Shown: piece by piece, positions 18,625 through 28,404 of the stretch
Layout: the number at the start of each line of letters is the position of its first letter
How positions within the stretch are numbered: the first letter of the stretch is position 1
Translations under genes and position numbers: made by a program
Virus record (IMG/VR): IMGVR_UViG_2724679138_000004
Direction: 5' to 3' (one strand)
Source: a virus
Taxonomy: Duplodnaviria; Heunggongvirae; Uroviricota; Caudoviricetes
Length of the DNA: 36,866 nt
The notes under the pieces: generated by a model
The model's input: the letters and a program-made list of their open reading frames with translations, nothing else
Database searches by the model: none
What the model was told of the DNA's origin: nothing

Positions 18625-19122
18625 TTAAGCCGGTACGCCGCCAGCGGTACGCCAGACGGTGACCAGTTTTTCCAGTGAATGCTCACGCTGACCGTAACCG
18701 GCACCCGGCAGGGACGCCCAGATATTGCGACAGCGTGAAATGGCGCGCTCAATGCGTCCCGCCCGGATGTCATCCAGCGCACCGCGTTCGCGGATCAACT
18801 GAATGGCGAGTCTGTCCTGTGACAACGGACTGAAATCCGGCAGGGCAAGCTGTTTGCGGTAATGCGGCCAGAACAGGTAAAGCTGCTGATAGCGACCGGA
18901 GGCCGTGGATTTTTCACCGCGACGGTTAAACACCTTCGCCGGTCGGCCATGCGCGAACGGGTGGTCACTGTAGTCGGTGAAAATTTCCGGCTTCCCGTCC
19001 AGTCCGGTGACTATCACGTCATAGCCACGGTTTTTCGTCAGCGGATGATTCGCCGTCCCTTCGGATACCGCCAGCATGTCGAGAAAGGCGGCGATATTCT
19101 GATGCGTGTTAATTACCGGCAT
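18625..19122 (-). CDS. K: Endolysin K (lysozyme)
   Basis: 165 aa; P2 gpK length and position. Confidence 0.9.
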   Translation of the reverse strand: MPVINTHQNIAAFLDMLAVSEGTANHPLTKNRGYDVIVTGLDGKPEIFTDYSDHPFAHGRPAKVFNRRGEKSTASGRYQQLYLFWPHYRKQLALPDFSPLSQDRLAIQLIRERGALDDIRAGRIERAISRCRNIWASLPGAGYGQREHSLEKLVTVWRTAGGVPA

Positions 19123-19403
19123 TACGGTTTCCCCCTGCCCTTAAAGCGGCGCTGAATGGCAATCTCAATCACCTGATAACCGGCGATACCCAGCATGGAG
19201 CCGATGCCGCACACTGCAGGCAGTGACAGGTCAGGAAACTGCACCAGAACAACACCGGCAACCATCGAGACAAAACCACCGAGCAACATGCGCCCGATAA
19301 ACAGACGCGGGGTGATGGGTTCACCACCGGCAAGCACCTTGCCGACAACAATCAGCACCCCAATCATGAAAAGCGACAGGACGCTTTTTTCTTCTGCTGT
19401 CAT
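19122..19403 (-). CDS. Y: Holin Y
   Basis: 93 aa with hydrophobic helices; P2 gpY length and position. Confidence 0.9.
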   Translation of the reverse strand: MTAEEKSVLSLFMIGVLIVVGKVLAGGEPITPRLFIGRMLLGGFVSMVAGVVLVQFPDLSLPAVCGIGSMLGIAGYQVIEIAIQRRFKGRGKP

Positions 19404-19406
19404 GCG

Positions 19407-19610
19407 TTACTCCCACAGATTGACAGTTTCAGCCACGGGCGCGGTCTGAACGTCGGGCAGTTCGACGGCGGTGCCGTGTGGCAGCACCGCACCCAGTTCA
19501 GCCAGTCCCGGATTTGCGGCGAGCACGGTCTCAACCACGCCCTCAGTGCGCCCGTAATACCGGACACAAATGGCGTCGAGCGTGTCGCCCTGTAGCGCAA
19601 AGGTCTTCAT
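19407..19610 (-). CDS. X: Tail protein X
   Basis: ATG at 19608-19610 gives 67 aa (MKTFALQGDTLDAICVRYYG...), as P2 gpX; the listed ORF is extended upstream. Confidence 0.85.
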   Translation of the reverse strand: MKTFALQGDTLDAICVRYYGRTEGVVETVLAANPGLAELGAVLPHGTAVELPDVQTAPVAETVNLWE

Positions 19611-20119
19611 CAGATTTGACTCACGATGCAGCGCGGCTTGTCCTGGATACGCGCCACCGCCCAGCGCATATCCCGCCACAGCTCATCAATGGTGCTGTCT
19701 ATGCTGTCGGCCTTTTTGTCGCCTTTCGCACTGGCATCCACGCCGCGATAACGCTCATAAAGCGACGCGGTCGCCATCGCACACACGGCGCGCTCGTAGT
19801 AAAAAACCCTGATGCTTTCACCGTCGATGTCGTCCGCCGGGACGTCCGCCAGACGCGTAAAACCGGCGGCAATTTTCTGTTCGCGGTACTCGTACAGCTC
19901 CGCATTCGTCTCCGCCATGCCTGACTTGATGGCCTCACGCAGACGGGCGGGGGCGACGGTCTGCTCAAGGCGCATACGTTCCCGGACGCGCTTCGGGTCG
20001 ATATCGGGAAAAAAGAACGTGTTTTTAATCACCGGCTCGTCGCCTGCCGGTTGCGGGATGACCACCGTACCCTCACCGGACACGGGAGCCTCCTTTTGCG
20101 GAATAATCAGCGTCATCAT
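19610..20119 (-). CDS. L: Head completion / stabilisation protein L
   Basis: ATG at 20117-20119 gives 169 aa (MMTLIIPQKEAP...), as P2 gpL. Confidence 0.85.
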   Translation of the reverse strand: MMTLIIPQKEAPVSGEGTVVIPQPAGDEPVIKNTFFFPDIDPKRVRERMRLEQTVAPARLREAIKSGMAETNAELYEYREQKIAAGFTRLADVPADDIDGESIRVFYYERAVCAMATASLYERYRGVDASAKGDKKADSIDSTIDELWRDMRWAVARIQDKPRCIVSQI

Positions 20120-20218
20120 GACTACCTCTGAAAAGTCGGGCGGTGGACGCCGGTGCAGTGTCAGGTGATTCACCCTCACTGACCGGCGTGCCGCCCTGGC
20201 GCGGGGCGCATTCGGTTG

Positions 20219-20962
20219 TTAACTGGCTTTCTTTTTCGGGCGTCCACGTTTTGCCGGTGTCACGCTCCGGGTCTTACGCGGGGCGCGGGTGGCCGCTTTT
20301 GGCTGCGGCTCCGGCTTCGGTTTCAGCTCCCGCTCCAGTCGTTCAATCTCTTTTTTGACGCCTGCCTGACAGTCGAGCTGTGTCGCACGTTGCAGGTGAG
20401 CCAGCGCACCGGCGGCATCACCAGCGTCACGCAGAAACAGACCGGTGATTTTGTGCAGCTTTGCGCGCACTTCATCAGGCATGTCAGCCGTGGCGGTCAG
20501 TTCAATGGTCTCCGTCAGCAGGCGGGTATCCACAGACTCACCGGCAGCGTGGGCACGCATGGCCGCAAGCGCGACCTCCTCGGTGAACATGTACGGCGGG
20601 GTGCGGCGGTGTTTACCCGGCATGGTCAGACCGTACTTCAGGGCATAACGGGCAATCTCCAGCGCACCGGCAATATCGCCGGTATCCAGACGCCACAGCA
20701 TGACCGTCATCAGAATGTCATCCTGTGCGCCTTTGCCCTGCTCCAGCACGCCGTTCACCCACGGCAACCAGAACGGCAGCAGTTCGCGCTTTTTCGCGGC
20801 CTTCAGCTCTTTTGAATAAATCGCTTTCAGTGTGCGCTGGTCTGCGGCCAGCTTGACCAGCATCTGCTCATAGACAGTTGCATGTCGCAGCGGGGCGGCT
20901 TCCCGCTGCGCGGTCATCGCTGCCGAGACCCGCATCATGTGGCGCTGTGCGGGACTCGTCAT
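20219..20962 (-). CDS. M: Terminase endonuclease (small) subunit M
   Basis: 247 aa; P2 gpM length and position; basic C-terminal tail. Confidence 0.9.
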   Translation of the reverse strand: MTSPAQRHMMRVSAAMTAQREAAPLRHATVYEQMLVKLAADQRTLKAIYSKELKAAKKRELLPFWLPWVNGVLEQGKGAQDDILMTVMLWRLDTGDIAGALEIARYALKYGLTMPGKHRRTPPYMFTEEVALAAMRAHAAGESVDTRLLTETIELTATADMPDEVRAKLHKITGLFLRDAGDAAGALAHLQRATQLDCQAGVKKEIERLERELKPKPEPQPKAATRAPRKTRSVTPAKRGRPKKKAS

Positions 20963-20965
20963 CGG

Positions 20966-22039
20966 TTACGCTCCCGGCTCTGCGGTCGCCTTAGCCGGTG
21001 TGGAGAAATCACCGACCTTAATTTTTTCCACCAGACAACCGGCGGCGTAGTCTTCCACCACGTAATCAATGTTCATTGACTCGTAGTTCTCCACGCGGTC
21101 GAGTTTCGGGTTTTCCTCAATCACGCGGCGATGGCTGTCATCCATGTAGTAGATGGACAGGTTTTCCAGCTTCGTGATGAGCATCGCATCCGCCGGGAAG
21201 TACGGGACGCGTACCGCCGGCAGGTTACCGATGCGTTTCTGGCTGATGATGACGTCAGCGGCCAGCATTTCGCTGTTGTCCTGCTCCTTGTTGACGATGG
21301 GAAAATACTTGTCCGCCAGTAGCTGACGTCCCACAATCACCACAAGGTCAGGGTCTTCCTGATACCACGGCTCAATCAGGTTGTTGGTCGCATCCATCAC
21401 CAGTGCATCAAGGCTGGCATAATCACCGCCCTTACCCACGCGGATAACCTCAGAGGTGGTGCGGCCTTCCTCGTCAGTGACCTTGCTCATCACGCGCGCC
21501 GGGGCTTCATTGCGGTATTTCTGCAGCCAGCCGACCGCCACATCCTGAAGCATCGGATTGCTGCTGCGGTCAGAGGTTTCGGCACGCTTCACGCCGTTAA
21601 AACCGGCCATGATGAAATCAAGGGACTGGCGTTTGATAATGGCGTTACGGATACGGAGCTGGAAATCCTGATAACGCGCCCACAGGTCCAGCGTTTTGTA
21701 GCGGATATAAAAATCGAAGTTAATCTGGTCGCATTCGTACTTGTTTGACGCCAGCTTCGAGAAGTCCTTCGGCTGACGCTCGGTGCCACCGGCGGTGTCG
21801 GTGGTGCTGGCGATGGAGCCGGTGACACCAATACCAATTTTTTCCCCTTTCATTTCGCTGACCGGCACAATGTTGATGCGGGTCAGAAAATCAGAGGACT
21901 CCTGCATGGTGTTCATCAGGGTCTGGGTGACCGATGGTTCAACGGTGAATTTTTTCGACACATCACCGGCGTCGATGCCGTTCAGTTCGGCAACACGGGA
22001 CAGGTAGGCATTAAATTTAAAGCGGGTTTCCTGGCGCAT
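20966..22039 (-). CDS. N: Major capsid protein N
   Basis: 357 aa; P2 gpN length and position. Confidence 0.92.
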   Translation of the reverse strand: MRQETRFKFNAYLSRVAELNGIDAGDVSKKFTVEPSVTQTLMNTMQESSDFLTRINIVPVSEMKGEKIGIGVTGSIASTTDTAGGTERQPKDFSKLASNKYECDQINFDFYIRYKTLDLWARYQDFQLRIRNAIIKRQSLDFIMAGFNGVKRAETSDRSSNPMLQDVAVGWLQKYRNEAPARVMSKVTDEEGRTTSEVIRVGKGGDYASLDALVMDATNNLIEPWYQEDPDLVVIVGRQLLADKYFPIVNKEQDNSEMLAADVIISQKRIGNLPAVRVPYFPADAMLITKLENLSIYYMDDSHRRVIEENPKLDRVENYESMNIDYVVEDYAAGCLVEKIKVGDFSTPAKATAEPGA

Positions 22040-22097
22040 AGTTTTTCCTGAAATTAAGGGTTAATCGTGAAGGTTTTCCCGGACTGACTGACGCCGG

Positions 22098-22952
22098 TCA
22101 GCAGTTCGTCATCAGGGCGTCACCGCCACCACCGGTGGCCTTGCTGCGGCGCTGCTGGGTCAGACTTTCGGTGTGGTCGAGACTGTTTTTCAGGCGGGTG
22201 AATGCCTGGCTGGTTTCATCCGCCCTGTCAGTCACCTCCTGCTTAAGTGCGGAAAAGGCGGTTTCCATCTCCGCGAGGCGCTGCTCAGTGGCGCTCAGTT
22301 TTTCCTGCACATGTTCAGCAACAGCGGTCACCGCTTCATGCACGTCATTCAGACGGGCATCATCGCTGGCCTGTTTGCGGCCAAAAATGGACTTCACCTT
22401 TTCGGTCAGGGCGGTGAACACGGTTTCAGGCAGGTCTTCAAATTCCAGCTCAACAGGCGTTGCCACTGAAATCAGGTTTTCAGGGCTTAATTTGAAGCGG
22501 TTCAGGGGGTTGTGTTTTGCCGTGCGGCAGAATTCCAGGTATTCCGTGCCGAGGCTTGCCGGGTCATCGGTGACGGCCAGCCCCACCAGATAACATTTGC
22601 CGGTGTTGGCAAAGTTCGGCTGAATTTCCATTGAGGTGTAGACCTTCTGCGCGGCCTTGTTCATCGCGATAAGGTCATCGGTCGGGGTGATTTTCGCAAA
22701 CAGCGCCCATTTGCCTTTCAGCGCCGAATCATCGTCAATCTTTTCGGCCTTCAGTTCGACCACATCGCCATAACGCTTAAAAATACCGTCAGGCAGGATG
22801 CCGCGCAGATGTTCCAGGTTAATGCGGCAACCATAGACTCGCGGGTCAAAGGTTTCGGCCATTTCCTGAATATCCTGCGCACTGATGACACGCCCGTCAC
22901 AGGTGTCACCCTCAACGCCGATACGAAAGAATTTTGAGACTTTTTTTGCCAT
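22098..22952 (-). CDS. O: Capsid scaffolding protein O
   Basis: ATG at 22950-22952 gives 284 aa (MAKKVSKFFRIGVEGDTCDGR...), as P2 gpO. Confidence 0.88.
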   Translation of the reverse strand: MAKKVSKFFRIGVEGDTCDGRVISAQDIQEMAETFDPRVYGCRINLEHLRGILPDGIFKRYGDVVELKAEKIDDDSALKGKWALFAKITPTDDLIAMNKAAQKVYTSMEIQPNFANTGKCYLVGLAVTDDPASLGTEYLEFCRTAKHNPLNRFKLSPENLISVATPVELEFEDLPETVFTALTEKVKSIFGRKQASDDARLNDVHEAVTAVAEHVQEKLSATEQRLAEMETAFSALKQEVTDRADETSQAFTRLKNSLDHTESLTQQRRSKATGGGGDALMTNC

Positions 22953-23125
22953 TGTCAGGAGTCCTGAATAGTGATTAGAGGAGTCACATGTCGGCATCAG
23001 TTTCCCGACGATACGCATCCTCCGCCATCAGTCCCGGATGGCTTATCACTGACACAACAGCACCTTAGCGAATCGCGGGGCGCGACTCAGTAGCCTTGCC
23101 GTGTATTCATCACGGCGAGGTATTC

Positions 23126-24898
23126 ATGACCATCACCACAGACACCACTCTTTTACACGACCCGCGTCGTCAGGCGGCGCTGCTGTACTGGCAGGGGTTT
23201 TCCGTGCCGCAGATTGCCGCCATGTTGCAGATGAAACGCCCGACGGTGCAGAGCTGGAAACAGCGCGACGGCTGGGACAGCGTTGCCCCCATCAGCCGTG
23301 TCGAAATGAGTCTGGAAGCGCGGCTGACCCAGCTCATCATCAAACCGCAGAAAACCGGCGGTGACTTCAAGGAAATTGACCTGCTGGGACGCCAGATTGA
23401 ACGACTGGCACGGGTCAACCGCTACAGCCAGACCGGCAACGAGGCAGACCTTAATCCGAACGTCGCTAACCGCAACAAAGGCGGGCGGCGCAAACCGAAA
23501 AAGAATTTTTTCAGTGACGAGGCCATCGAAAAGCTGGAGCAGATTTTCTTTGAGCAGTCTTTCGATTATCAGTTGCACTGGTATCGCGCCGGGCTTGAGC
23601 ACCGCATCCGCGATATCCTGAAATCCCGCCAGATTGGCGCGACGTTTTATTTTTCCCGCGAGGCGCTGCTGCGCGCCCTGAAAACCGGTCATAACCAGAT
23701 TTTTCTGTCGGCCAGTAAAACGCAGGCGTATGTGTTCCGTGAATACATCATCGCCTTTGCCCGTCTGGTTGATGTTGACCTGACCGGTGACCCGATTGTC
23801 CTGGGCAATAACGGCGCAAAACTGATTTTTCTCGGCACCAACTCCAACACCGCACAGAGCCATAACGGCGACCTGTACGTCGATGAGATTTTCTGGATCC
23901 CGAATTTTCAGGTACTGCGTAAGGTGGCATCAGGTATGGCCTCACAGAGTCACCTGCGCTCGACCTATTTCTCCACCCCGTCCACGCTGGCGCACGACGC
24001 CTATCCGTTCTGGTCGGGTGAACTGTTTAACCGGGGACGCGCCAGTGCCGCTGAACGCGTGGAAATCGACGTCAGTCATAACGCCCTTGCCGGTGGGCTT
24101 CTCTGTGCGGACGGCCAGTGGCGACAGATTGTCACCATTGAGGACGCGCTGAAAGGCGGCTGCACGCTGTTCGACATTGAGCAGCTCAAACGCGAAAACA
24201 GCGCCGACGATTTTAAAAACCTGTTCATGTGTGAATTTGTTGACGACAAGGCGTCGGTGTTCCCGTTTGAGGAGCTGCAACGCTGCATGGTCGACACGCT
24301 GGAAGAATGGGAAGACTATGCGCCGTTTGCCGCCAATCCGTTCGGCTCCCGCCCGGTATGGATTGGTTACGACCCGTCACACCGTGGCGACAGCGCCGGA
24401 TGCGTGGTGCTGGCACCGCCGGTGGTGGCCGGTGGCAAATTCAGAATACTTGAGCGTCACCAGTGGAAAGGCATGGACTTTGCCACTCAGGCGGAATCCA
24501 TCCGCAAACTCACCGAAAAATACAACGTCGAATACATCGGTATTGATGCCACCGGCCTCGGTGTCGGCGTGTACCAGCTCGTGCGCTCGTTCTATCCCGC
24601 CGCGCGCGATATCCGCTACACGCCGGAAATGAAAACCGCAATGGTGCTCAAGGCAAAAGACGTTATTCGCCGTGGCTGTCTGGAATATGACGTCAGCGCC
24701 ACCGACATCACCAGCTCGTTTATGGCTATCCGCAAGACCATGACCAGCAGCGGACGCAGCGCCACCTATGAGGCCAGCCGCAGCGAGGAAGCCAGCCACG
24801 CCGACCTCGCCTGGGCGACCATGCACGCCCTGTTAAATGAGCCACTCACCGCCGGTATCAGCACCCCGCTGACATCCACCATTCTGGAGTTTTACTGA
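23126..24898 (+). CDS. P: Terminase ATPase (large) subunit P
   Basis: ATG at 23126 with GAGG RBS gives 590 aa (MTITTDTTLLH...), as P2 gpP; divergent from O. Confidence 0.9.
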   Translation: MTITTDTTLLHDPRRQAALLYWQGFSVPQIAAMLQMKRPTVQSWKQRDGWDSVAPISRVEMSLEARLTQLIIKPQKTGGDFKEIDLLGRQIERLARVNRYSQTGNEADLNPNVANRNKGGRRKPKKNFFSDEAIEKLEQIFFEQSFDYQLHWYRAGLEHRIRDILKSRQIGATFYFSREALLRALKTGHNQIFLSASKTQAYVFREYIIAFARLVDVDLTGDPIVLGNNGAKLIFLGTNSNTAQSHNGDLYVDEIFWIPNFQVLRKVASGMASQSHLRSTYFSTPSTLAHDAYPFWSGELFNRGRASAAERVEIDVSHNALAGGLLCADGQWRQIVTIEDALKGGCTLFDIEQLKRENSADDFKNLFMCEFVDDKASVFPFEELQRCMVDTLEEWEDYAPFAANPFGSRPVWIGYDPSHRGDSAGCVVLAPPVVAGGKFRILERHQWKGMDFATQAESIRKLTEKYNVEYIGIDATGLGVGVYQLVRSFYPAARDIRYTPEMKTAMVLKAKDVIRRGCLEYDVSATDITSSFMAIRKTMTSSGRSATYEASRSEEASHADLAWATMHALLNEPLTAGISTPLTSTILEFY

Positions 24899-25917
24899 TG
24901 AGCAAGAAAAAAGGGAAAACACCGCAACCTGCGGCAAAAACAATGACCGCCAGCGCCCCGAAAATGGAGGCATTCACCTTTGGTGAGCCGGTGCCGGTAC
25001 TCGACCGCCGTGACATTCTGGATTACGTCGAGTGCATCAGTAACGGCAGATGGTATGAGCCGCCGGTCAGCTTTACCGGTCTGGCGAAAAGCCTGCGTGC
25101 TGCCGTGCATCACAGCTCGCCGATTTACGTCAAACGCAATATTCTGGCCTCGACATTTATCCCGCATCCGTGGCTTTCCCAGCAGGATTTCAGCCGCTTT
25201 GTGCTGGATTTTCTGGTGTTCGGTAATGCGTTTCTGGAAAAGCGTTACAGCACCACCGGTAAGGTCATCAGACTGGAAACCTCACCGGCAAAATATACCC
25301 GCCGTGGCGTGGAGGAGGATGTTTACTGGTGGGTGCCGTCCTTCAACGAGCCGACAGCCTTCGCGCCCGGCTCCGTGTTTCACCTGCTGGAGCCGGATAT
25401 CAATCAGGAGCTGTACGGCCTGCCGGAATATCTCAGCGCCCTTAACTCTGCCTGGCTGAATGAGTCGGCCACGCTGTTCCGCCGCAAGTATTACGAAAAC
25501 GGCGCTCATGCCGGATACATCATGTATGTCACCGATGCCGTGCAGGATCGCAACGATATCGAAATGCTTCGCGAAAACATGGTTAAGTCGAAAGGCCGCA
25601 ACAACTTTAAAAACCTGTTTCTCTATGCCCCACAGGGGAAAGCCGACGGCATTAAAATTATCCCCCTCAGTGAAGTGGCGACGAAGGACGATTTTTTTAA
25701 TATCAAAAAAGTCAGCGCCGCAGATCTCCTGGACGCACACCGCATCCCCTTTCAGTTGATGGGCGGTAAGCCGGAGAATGTCGGGTCACTAGGAGATATT
25801 GAAAAAGTGGCAAAGGTCTTTGTCCGCAATGAACTCATTCCATTACAGGAGAGAATAAAGTCAATAAATGAATGGTTAGATATGGAAGTCATAAAATTCC
25901 TTGATTATAACTTATAA
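24898..25917 (+). CDS. Q: Portal protein Q
   Basis: 339 aa; P2 gpQ-like, immediately downstream of P. Confidence 0.9.
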   Translation: MSKKKGKTPQPAAKTMTASAPKMEAFTFGEPVPVLDRRDILDYVECISNGRWYEPPVSFTGLAKSLRAAVHHSSPIYVKRNILASTFIPHPWLSQQDFSRFVLDFLVFGNAFLEKRYSTTGKVIRLETSPAKYTRRGVEEDVYWWVPSFNEPTAFAPGSVFHLLEPDINQELYGLPEYLSALNSAWLNESATLFRRKYYENGAHAGYIMYVTDAVQDRNDIEMLRENMVKSKGRNNFKNLFLYAPQGKADGIKIIPLSEVATKDDFFNIKKVSAADLLDAHRIPFQLMGGKPENVGSLGDIEKVAKVFVRNELIPLQERIKSINEWLDMEVIKFLDYNL

Positions 25918-25929
25918 GTAAATATATAA

Positions 25930-25956
25930 AGTTGGCGGAATGCAATCCCGCCAACT
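25930..25956. terminator. Hairpin terminator between convergent Q (+) and the 2TM gene (-)
   Basis: Perfect 9-bp stem AGTTGGCGG / CCGCCAACT; T-rich on the minus-strand 3' side. Confidence 0.55.
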
Positions 25957-25959
25957 TAA

Positions 25960-26667
25960 CTATATATACTTCCTTTTCACTCTACTTAATTCTATCACTG
26001 ATGAGGAGTGACAAAATGACAAATTAATAGTATCGATATAATCCAAAATTTGACTCTCAACCTCAATAAAAATATTTTTGGGCCCATTACTAATCGATAT
26101 ACCGATTTCATCCAAAACAGCCATCATTTTTCTCTGATGAGTTTTATATTTATAGTCTTTATTTTCCTCTGTAATATGCGCATTGGCTTCCTCAATAACG
26201 CATTTGATTCTAGATATTATTTCTAGATAATCTCTCGAAACAGATATATCACCGCCTTGCGCTTCAGGGAACATAACCCTATACCATCTAAAAAAATTAA
26301 CTTTCTCTGGATAGATGCTACTTCTTTTAGTTAACTCAGCACTTGCAAATTCTCTAAACATCGTCAGATGACTAGTGTAATTACTATTATTATTATTTTT
26401 AACTCCAGCGTTATATGTCATCAAAGCAATCATAACACCAAAAACGGTAACAAAAGTTGTTATAAGCCATCCAAACGCCTGAAAATACATTACTATACCA
26501 GATGTTTTTTCCGCAAAAAATTTTAAGCACTGGCTATCGAAGCATATATCACGCTCATATAGCTTTTCATTCTGAATAGTTTCAAAAAGAGAAATTAGCG
26601 AAAAAATCAAAAAAAGAGCTGACGACACACCGACAATATATTTGAGAAGTCTAATATTTGCATTCAT
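25960..26667 (-). CDS. Two-transmembrane-helix protein, putative effector partner of the upstream reverse transcriptase
   Basis: 235 aa, strongly AT-rich; hydrophobic helices near aa 8-28 and 58-85; start ATG overlaps the RT stop (ATGA), indicating translational coupling. Confidence 0.8.
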   Translation of the reverse strand: MNANIRLLKYIVGVSSALFLIFSLISLFETIQNEKLYERDICFDSQCLKFFAEKTSGIVMYFQAFGWLITTFVTVFGVMIALMTYNAGVKNNNNSNYTSHLTMFREFASAELTKRSSIYPEKVNFFRWYRVMFPEAQGGDISVSRDYLEIISRIKCVIEEANAHITEENKDYKYKTHQRKMMAVLDEIGISISNGPKNIFIEVESQILDYIDTINLSFCHSSSVIELSRVKRKYI

Positions 26668-27938
26668 AATGGTTTTAAAGATGCCAATCTAGATTTAAAA
26701 CACTCCAGTTTTTCTTTAAATGATTCAGAGCGAGTAAGAATAATCATCTTATATCTCGTCAAATCATATTTTCTTTTATACCAATGTTTATTTTGATTAC
26801 CTTTCGAATACGACAACTCTAAACTTTTTATAGCTGCATCAATCACAGCAACATCTCTTTTAGATGGCATCGGTTTTATTGCCTGCAACTGTTTCTTGAA
26901 TGATTCATATTTTTCATGCCCAACACGGCCAAGCTTATTCACTCTCCCCATACATCTATTGAATTCTTTTCTGTATGCAACACTTGTTTTTGTGTTATTT
27001 TTTGCCGCCAGTAATTTCAAATTATGTATAGATGCCCTGATTCTTTTGACTTCATCGGATGGTAGTCGAGGTGAGTCATAGTCAACTCTTAAACCATGTA
27101 CTTTTATAGGTTCAGATGAACAGTGAAATATTTTAGTTTTGTGCTTATTTATCGGCAAGTCATGCTCAGAAAGCATCCTCTCTATATGGCTTTGCATTTG
27201 AGAAAAATCATAATTACTTATTTTAGATGACACGGTAATATCATCTACCAAACGCGTATAAACAAGTCCTTTCCTCTGCGCACGTCTTACCACATCCCCT
27301 TCAACAGCGAATAAACACAAAGTTGCTATATAGCTTGATGTTAAGGCCCCCTGTACGACAAAATCATCCTTAGTACATATATCCACCAAGTATTCAAGAG
27401 CCTCATCCTTAATATGCAATATCTCCTCAAACACGCTCCTAACCAGATCTCTATGGATATTATCGAAAAAATTACTTATATCCACCTTGAGAACTGTTTT
27501 TGCTCCACAATGAGCCTTTGCACATGAAACATAGTCACGTTTGACATTAGAATTTAAAACATCATTTTTACTGGGAACTGAACCAAACAAAAATGAAGGA
27601 AAAACAACCAATTCCTTAAAGATACGTTTATTAATTCTACTCTGTAATAATCTCATTTTAGGATGCAGGGAGTAGACAATCCGTTTGCTTCCGTCAATTT
27701 TGGGAATTTCTTTTAGAGTATATTTCTCATCTAATGGTAATTCTGCAATAGCTTTAAGCTCTTCAACAGAAATCGATAAAGCCTTTGACAACTTTTCAAG
27801 TGTTGTGATAGGAGCATTGGATTTGCTGTATGGTTTAAATTTATCCATAAACATACCATTCAAATTCAAAGTTACGTACGGTCTTCCCATACTCAAGGGT
27901 GGAACAGCAGAGATGCTTACATCAACAATTGTCAGCAA
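26664..27938 (-). CDS. Retron-type reverse transcriptase (candidate); start codon uncertain
   Basis: RT motifs in order: LKVDISNFFDNI, QGALTSSYIATLCL, YTRLVDDITVSS (catalytic xDD at about 27239-27248), LPINKHKTKIF, VHGL; ORF in track starts at TTG 27938, alternative ATG starts at 27890, 27854, 27848. Confidence 0.8.
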   Translation of the reverse strand: MLTIVDVSISAVPPLSMGRPYVTLNLNGMFMDKFKPYSKSNAPITTLEKLSKALSISVEELKAIAELPLDEKYTLKEIPKIDGSKRIVYSLHPKMRLLQSRINKRIFKELVVFPSFLFGSVPSKNDVLNSNVKRDYVSCAKAHCGAKTVLKVDISNFFDNIHRDLVRSVFEEILHIKDEALEYLVDICTKDDFVVQGALTSSYIATLCLFAVEGDVVRRAQRKGLVYTRLVDDITVSSKISNYDFSQMQSHIERMLSEHDLPINKHKTKIFHCSSEPIKVHGLRVDYDSPRLPSDEVKRIRASIHNLKLLAAKNNTKTSVAYRKEFNRCMGRVNKLGRVGHEKYESFKKQLQAIKPMPSKRDVAVIDAAIKSLELSYSKGNQNKHWYKRKYDLTRYKMIILTRSESFKEKLECFKSRLASLKPL

Positions 27939-28106
27939 CAGCCTCTGCTATCTTTCGACCGTACGTAATGTCGTCGGCTACGGCACCATCGTAGTTGACG
28001 ACGGTGGGGCCTCGCTGATAGGTCCATAGTGGACGCTTTTTTGTAAAAGCAAAAACTGACAATTTAATGTTGTTGACTGCCGCATACCAAGCGAATCGCT
28101 GGTGCG
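27927..28106 (-). ncRNA. Candidate retron msr/msd-like non-coding RNA upstream of the RT
   Basis: 9-bp inverted repeats (plus-strand CTGACAATT 28056-28064 and AATTGTCAG 27927-27935) bracket about 120 nt containing hairpins, e.g. GTCGTC-aa-CTACG-loop-CGTAG-cc-GACGAC at about 27968-28005; hypothetical. Confidence 0.3.
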
Positions 28107-28112
28107 CTAAGA

Positions 28113-28141
28113 ATAATGCAACAAAAAAATAAGAATTTCAA
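28113..28141 (-). promoter_or_regulatory. Candidate sigma70 promoter driving the candidate ncRNA and RT (TTGAAA-17 nt-CATTAT on the minus strand)
   Basis: -35 at plus 28136-28141, -10 at plus 28113-28118, 17-nt spacer. Confidence 0.4.
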
Positions 28142-28179
28142 CCGGGTAACTGCAAGCCAGCGACATCGTTTAGCGCGCA

Positions 28180-28198
28180 GTGCTTTCCCCGCCTCGCC
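28180..28198. other. cos cohesive-end site (reverse complement of GGCGAGGCGGGGAAAGCAC)
   Basis: Exact match to the 19-nt P2 cohesive end as I recall it; lies between Q and A as expected. Confidence 0.75.
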
Positions 28199-28404
28199 CG
28201 CCCGCTTCATGGGGCGGTTTTAATGCAGTTGCATGACCACTCAACTAGCGCGCCAGTCCTGATGTCGCCAGGCAGTTATTGTTCTCTGACTTGCATGCGC
28301 TTCGATGCAGAGTAATGCACTTCCTGAATTGCTCGCATTCGCATCGTTATCATGATAGAAAACAGGTAGTTATTTGTGCGCAACTTAAGAAGAAATCACT
28401 AATT

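Noticed and set aside
22953-23125. Ogr-dependent divergent late promoters (TGT-N12-ACA dyads) between O and P
   Set aside because: Late promoters are expected here, but I could not find a convincing dyad by eye and will not assign coordinates.
23153-23863. 236-aa minus-strand ORF inside terminase gene P
   Set aside because: Antisense to a conserved 590-aa terminase ORF with no independent signals.
27939-28404. GC-rich structured intergenic island first read as one large ncRNA between the two RT genes
   Set aside because: It contains the phage cos sequence (28180-28198) and presumably terminase-recognition backbone; only the portion 27927-28106 on the minus strand is kept as an ncRNA candidate.
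28279-28404. Upstream part of the 165-aa ORF (TTG at 28279 or ATG at 28315) as the start of the second RT
   Set aside because: This stretch is GC-rich cos-adjacent sequence with no RBS; ATG at 28405 preceded by a purine-rich tract is the more plausible start.
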